DNA of 53,511 bases from a bacterium (GTDB lineage: Bacteria; SZUA-182; DTGQ01): contig JBFMGO010000030.1 of NCBI GenBank assembly GCA_040752695.1, positions 1-53,511 of the forward strand, written 5' to 3'. The notes below the pieces were generated by a model, which saw only the letters and a program-made list of their open reading frames with translations, searched no databases and was not told where the DNA came from. A program made the translations under genes and the position numbers. The number at the start of each line of letters is the position of its first letter. Position 1 is the stretch's first letter. Positions 48,505-53,511 of the stretch are shown here, piece by piece.

Positions 48505-48936
48505 GTGAGAAAACCTCCTAACCGTTATACGAATTATTAAACTGACGCACTCTAACCTCGAACGATTGTATGAAAGTTTAAAGTGTATGTATTTTTTTTA
48601 CTACCTCACCTCCTTACAACTTTTACTCTATCTAGAATCTCCTAGACAATGATTCTATTCTCATCACCTCCTCTAAAAAGTCAGTTATTTCATGTAATCT
48701 TAATTCTGTTGGTATATGCGTTGTTTGGTTTTTCCATATTCCTGAACAGTCAGCCTTTGGTTAATCCATTGAGTGCTGATTGCATAATTGATTACCTGGT
48801 TTAAAGCCAGCATCTTCATTCCTTTAGAACGATATTTTGTGGTAGATTACAGCCATGAATTCCACCCGTCCTCTCTTTCTCATGGATCAAAAGCATATTC
48901 TAAGCCGCGCTGCCACTCTTAACCTTGCAGTAGCTT

Positions 48937-48953
48937 ATGCAAGTTTTGTACCT
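48937..48953 (-). promoter_or_regulatory. Putative sigma54 promoter for the S-layer-like gene
   Basis: Minus strand AGGTACAAAACTTGCAT = GG-N10-GC with TTGCA; a TGT-N10-ACA motif lies upstream at 49301-49316. Confidence 0.55.
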
Positions 48954-49878
48954 TACCTTCTCAACTTAATTCCCATCAATACCTTACAAATACTGCCACC
49001 TTCTGAATCCCGGCACCTTTTCCCATTCATAAATTTCTCCCTTCCGGTATGAAAATTATTATGCCAACCCTTTCTCTTTGCATCTTCAGCTTTGAAGCTA
49101 AGAAAAACATCAGCACTAACAACATGATATTATGGTTAACCTATTCATTCTTAATGGCATATTAACCTATTTTCCAAAAAGCCGATTACCGGAAGTCATA
49201 ATCCCGCTCTCAAGAGAGCCCCTCTGCCAAATGTGAAAAATAATTCATACTTCTCAACTTATTCGCTTATTTCCTCTTACTTTTTAATATATTAAGGATA
49301 TGTGTAAAACATTACATACCGAAGAATCCTTTTGCAGGAACTCATCGTTATATTTCCAGCCTCAAGAAAAATTTTCCTTGAATAAAAGAACATTCCTTTC
49401 CCTTTTGCTATCAAAAGAGAACTTCCTCTCTCTTTCTTAAAAGCAATGGATTTGATAAGAAATCCCGATTACATCACCCTACAGAAGGTATCCTTCTAAG
49501 GCAGTGAGAGAATACTTATCCTTACCTCAAAAATGTGGCTTTACTAAAGGGAGAGTAAATCCCCCCTTACGGTCACTCTTGAAAAAGGGGCCTTGGCAGC
49601 AAACATTGCCTGTGTTGTTGCCATTACCCCTCAACAGGCAAGGAAAATGTTCAGCCAATGGATTTATCAATAGTATAGAGCTAAGCATCATCCAGTCTTT
49701 CCAATCTCCGACCTGCCAGCTCTCACTGACGAAACAGTGAAATACATGTCTGGCTATTCTTCCTTACACTATGGACGATCCTACCTGACGATCACTTATG
49801 CATAATATGCATAATGTGTACAAACCATAAAATACAGAAAAAATTGAGCTCATCCTTCTCTTCCCTCCTTTGTGAACG

Positions 49879-52800
49879 CTATTGAACGAAATTTTCATCC
49901 AGGCATGAAGGAAGTCTCATATATTTTCTGAATAAGCATTGGGCATCAGCAGGTGTAACTGTCCCGTCCTCGTTGACATCACAACACCTTGGACACGGAC
50001 CGCTGCTCATGGAGCATCTGAAAGCGATCAAGGCATCGGACGGTGTTATACGGCCATCTTCATTCAAATCACCATCACAGGGGGGAGAAATCCTTATACA
50101 CCCACCTGACACGCTAAAGAGGGCAACGTCATCTACCTGTCCTTCCAGAATCAGGGGATAGTGACAATTTTCCAGGTCTGAGAGGATTTGGAATTTCAGA
50201 AAAACCAAGTCTCCCTGGCTATTTTGAACAATGCTATTGCTGTCCGGACTGCCATCAAATCCACCGATGCGTATGCGGCCGCCTCCCATATCATTGACAT
50301 TAAACATATCAAAAGATTGGCTCAAAGGACCTCTCTCATGGCCCAGATACATAAGAGCGCCGGAATCATAGACCACATCAAAGCCTATGCCCTCTACATC
50401 CTGTTCAGCCCTTTGAATGCGAATCGGAACCCGGACCTCATCGCCGGTTCTTCCGGCTGCATCTCCTATATCTATGGTTCCGTAATCACCTTCATCGCAC
50501 TGGCATCCTTCAGGTTCCGGTCCACCGGTTCCACTGATAACAGTAGTATATCCTGAAGGTAAACGATAGGAAATCTGGATATTCTGAAGGGTCTTGACCG
50601 AATCATCGACATTGATAACAGCCTGGCCGTCTCTGGAAAAGGACTGTCCCAGTATCTGGCCGTCTCTGATCAGGGAAACGAGGACGTTTTCTTCAGGCGT
50701 CGGAATGGTATATTGGGCGGTGACTGTTTGAAGGGGGCCTGGATCGGGAAGCGGTAGCTTTACGTATTGAATTTCCTTGTACAGCCGGGACCAGGGAAGA
50801 GTGATTATATGAGGATTTTTTGTCCAGAGTGTCACGGTAGGATCCCCCAGACAGTGAAAAAGTTCAAATTCTGTCTGGGCTGTACTGCCTGACCATCCGC
50901 CTTCCACATACATCTTGGCCGCATTCAGAACATCGCCAAGCCGTTTTGATGTGGTTGTACCTGAGGGCGCAAGATAGAAGTCAGGCCAGATATATTCAGT
51001 CAGGCCCCTGGTCAGATCGTCATTCGGATAGGTAGGTGAATTCCTGGTGGCCGCAATAACCGCCAGAGCGCCTCCATCCATGGTCAGAAGCTGCTCGGCA
51101 AAAGATTCAGTGGTCGTGTAAGCGTCTTGATCGGTCTCGTTGTCAAACCAGCCGGACTGACAGTTAATGCTGAAAACCACAGGGCTCAAGGCTCCTGTGT
51201 CCAGGCCTGAAAGATTGGAGGTAGTAAAGCCCGGGTGCGACCATCCGCTTCTGCCTGCATGGTCCCGGTGAGCCAAAAGAACTGCACCTGAATTGAGGCC
51301 GGTCACGATATCGGAGGCATTTCCATCCCAGGCAAATCCTGGCTTTTTAAGGTCTGACGGAATGGAACTGCCATCCTGATAATACTGAGGATTGCTGCCG
51401 CTGGAAACATACTCCCTCTGGACAGTGTAGCCATGGCCTGAGAAATAGCTGTATAATTCCTGGATGGTCTGGACATAATTCCTGTCATCCCGGCCGTTAT
51501 TGTCGCCATCCTGGAAGTATGCGGCAAGGATAACACGTTTATAGAAGGAGGAGTCAGTTGGCGGGTTTTTCTCGTACTCGATGGTGCGGTTTACCACTCT
51601 TTCGCTTTCAGTCTCGGAATTTACCGGCATGCGGCCAATGGCCAGGTCGGGAAAATATCCTGTTCCATCCATCTCTGCATAATAAAGATCCGTTGGCGTG
51701 CACGATACTCCTGACGGTGTCCGATAATGAGGAGGAATAAATTCTGCATCTCCCATGAGCAAGACATAATCAAGGCTATTATATGTATAGATATCTTTGA
51801 TATAGGCGCGGATATCCCCTGCCGTGGTCCCGCCCTGGCGGATCTGGATCTGGTCCAGAGTTCTAACCCAGGTTTTAAATCCTTTCTCCCTCTTCCATGT
51901 GGCCAGAGCTTCGGCCTGAGAGTAAAATTCTTCCGGTGTAATGATCAAAAGATCGCATACAGATTCGAAGATCGTATGTGCCTTAGCCAGAAGTTCAGCC
52001 TGGCTCAGTGGCTTGACCAGTGAATAATTAGCCAGGGTCGTGCTGAAGGTACTTTCAAAGTAAACAGACCGATTCTCTTCTGGAATATAGCCATCTTCTC
52101 CTCCGGTAAAGCTGACATTCAGCGTAAGATCCGGGTAAAGAAGGAGTTCCTGTGTGGCGGGATTATACCGTGCGCTCGTTACCTGAATAACGGCGACCTT
52201 ACATCCTCGAAGTATATCGTAACGGACGGAAGTGAGCGTTTCGGGCAAAAACCGATTCAGCCGATAATTGATTTTATCTATAAAAGGTGGGGTTGTTTCA
52301 AAGTTCTGGGATTCAGCCGATTGGTCTTCCGGCATCGGCTGGATCGGACAAACTCTGATGCCGCTCATGACCGTTGGTTCGCCTTCGACCACATCGATCT
52401 GCATCTTTGCACCAATCGGAACGGCCACGATTTTGGTAAATCCCGGCAATCCTGGTTGGCCTTGCTCTCCTCTGACTGAACCCTCAGGCCCTGTCAGTGC
52501 AAGTTTTTGATATTTCTGCTCATTGCCCACGATTTCCATCAGGTTAACCGTAGTGAGCTGGCTCTGGATTGCAAAATTCCTGGGATCCCTTTGTTGGGGA
52601 ATGATTTTAAAAAGTAAGGATTGACTGGTCTGAGGCCCGGCCAGGGATACCTCCCTCAAGGTAATAGCCAGGATTGACAAAGTGTCTGGAGATACTGGGG
52701 TTATTTTCGATACGTCGAGGCTTTTACTGCTGGTCAGGTCAATTGATTGAGGAGCCACTATCGATAGCGGGCTTTTTATCGCTACCGGAATAGTCGCTGC

Positions 52801-52923
52801 TGTAACCGCATGCGGAAAACATGAATTCATCAAGATACCAAGACCAAAAATAAAAAATAGAAACACTGCCGAAGCCGAAGAGGTGAAATATCCTGTCTCA
52901 ATGCTTTTTTTCTTCTTTACCAT
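49879..52923 (-). CDS. Gingipain-family (peptidase C25) cysteine protease with propeptide, C-terminal cohesin and dockerin
   Basis: GQPGLP...VAVP propeptide; LLIITP, WKREKGF, YVLLMGD, TDLYY, PDLAIGRMP, catalytic HRDHAG and FSINCQSGWFD, LGDP; cohesin GIGFDVVYDSGALMY...LVFLKFQI; dockerin GDLNEDGRITPSDAL and DVNEDGTVTPADAQ. Confidence 0.9.
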   Translation of the reverse strand: MVKKKKSIETGYFTSSASAVFLFFIFGLGILMNSCFPHAVTAATIPVAIKSPLSIVAPQSIDLTSSKSLDVSKITPVSPDTLSILAITLREVSLAGPQTSQSLLFKIIPQQRDPRNFAIQSQLTTVNLMEIVGNEQKYQKLALTGPEGSVRGEQGQPGLPGFTKIVAVPIGAKMQIDVVEGEPTVMSGIRVCPIQPMPEDQSAESQNFETTPPFIDKINYRLNRFLPETLTSVRYDILRGCKVAVIQVTSARYNPATQELLLYPDLTLNVSFTGGEDGYIPEENRSVYFESTFSTTLANYSLVKPLSQAELLAKAHTIFESVCDLLIITPEEFYSQAEALATWKREKGFKTWVRTLDQIQIRQGGTTAGDIRAYIKDIYTYNSLDYVLLMGDAEFIPPHYRTPSGVSCTPTDLYYAEMDGTGYFPDLAIGRMPVNSETESERVVNRTIEYEKNPPTDSSFYKRVILAAYFQDGDNNGRDDRNYVQTIQELYSYFSGHGYTVQREYVSSGSNPQYYQDGSSIPSDLKKPGFAWDGNASDIVTGLNSGAVLLAHRDHAGRSGWSHPGFTTSNLSGLDTGALSPVVFSINCQSGWFDNETDQDAYTTTESFAEQLLTMDGGALAVIAATRNSPTYPNDDLTRGLTEYIWPDFYLAPSGTTTSKRLGDVLNAAKMYVEGGWSGSTAQTEFELFHCLGDPTVTLWTKNPHIITLPWSRLYKEIQYVKLPLPDPGPLQTVTAQYTIPTPEENVLVSLIRDGQILGQSFSRDGQAVINVDDSVKTLQNIQISYRLPSGYTTVISGTGGPEPEGCQCDEGDYGTIDIGDAAGRTGDEVRVPIRIQRAEQDVEGIGFDVVYDSGALMYLGHERGPLSQSFDMFNVNDMGGGRIRIGGFDGSPDSNSIVQNSQGDLVFLKFQILSDLENCHYPLILEGQVDDVALFSVSGGCIRISPPCDGDLNEDGRITPSDALIAFRCSMSSGPCPRCCDVNEDGTVTPADAQCLFRKYMRLPSCLDENFVQ

Positions 52924-53511
52924 GATCTGGCTACCTCCACAAAATAACTTTTGATTGCCAAAACCTTAAGCTGAGTTATAATAAGTGTTCATTCCAGCGT
53001 GCCCCCCCCGACGGTTTTAACAGCAGTTTATATTCAATGAGAGATACCCCCCGTTATCCCTCCAGTAGATCAACCGACATCCCTGTTCTTTCAGGGTTTC
53101 TTCCCTTGCTTGCTTTTGTCAGGATCATGAAGATAAAAGGAAATTATCATATATTTGAGGAATTGTTCAAAAATGAAAAAAGTAGCATGAAGATATGCAC
53201 CTGTTCTCCTGCCTTATCCCTCATGCGGTGCCTGCACCATCGACAAGATTCCTATGCCTGATCAATGGAAAAATAATTCCATAGGTCTTGGAATTACAAT
53301 GAAAATTATAACTAACTAAAACATCTAATGTCAATAGTAATCATACATCAGAATTATTTCGCAAATTGTAGGAATCTAATCCGTGGCGTTTTCACTAAAT
53401 CCAAAAAGGATAAGGCCTTTGTTTTTCCGATTTCCCATCCTTTTTTGTTCGATAAAAAAACCAAGTACAGGTTTTCATTCCATCGAAAGCAAAGGCTATT
53501 AACAACCCATG

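Noticed and set aside
49763..49852. 29-aa ORF (MSSIFSVFYGLY...) after the C25 gene, preceded by AAGGAGG
   Set aside because: Too short, with no motif; cannot be distinguished from chance.
53037..53511. 74-aa ORF and a terminal ATG at the window edge
   Set aside because: No recognisable motif; likely intergenic. The possible gene at 53509 cannot be evaluated.

Overview
Bacterial chromosomal window, probably from a diderm, deltaproteobacteria-like or candidate-phylum organism (inferred from gene content; not established). The left ~32 kb is mostly housekeeping and signalling: a truncated FHA-domain gene and an ExbB/TolQ/AglR-like gene behind a sigma54 promoter, Smr, YkgJ, a CheB-CheR-PAS fusion with a PAS hybrid kinase, a cheB-like remnant, cinA-thpR-recA-recX, glgA, a stand-alone rplC followed by an ADP-forming acyl-CoA ligase and a DRTGG protein, two apparently catalytically dead enzyme homologues (PurN-like, EhaR/HAD-like), DUF1015, GH57/DUF3536, HD-GYP and a GT-C-like/GT2 pair. 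The right ~20 kb (32.6-52.9 kb, all minus strand) encodes seven exported proteins that look like a non-cellulosomal cohesin-dockerin surface system. It includes a two-cohesin scaffold with an 8x HYR stalk and an aromatic N/Q-rich tail, and three proteins with Cys-flanked dockerins, one being a gingipain-family (C25) protease that carries both a cohesin and a dockerin. It also includes a large S-layer-like protein and two partners sharing uncharacterised domains. No rRNA, tRNA, CRISPR array or transposase was recognised. All domain calls come from reading motifs by eye; no database searches were run.
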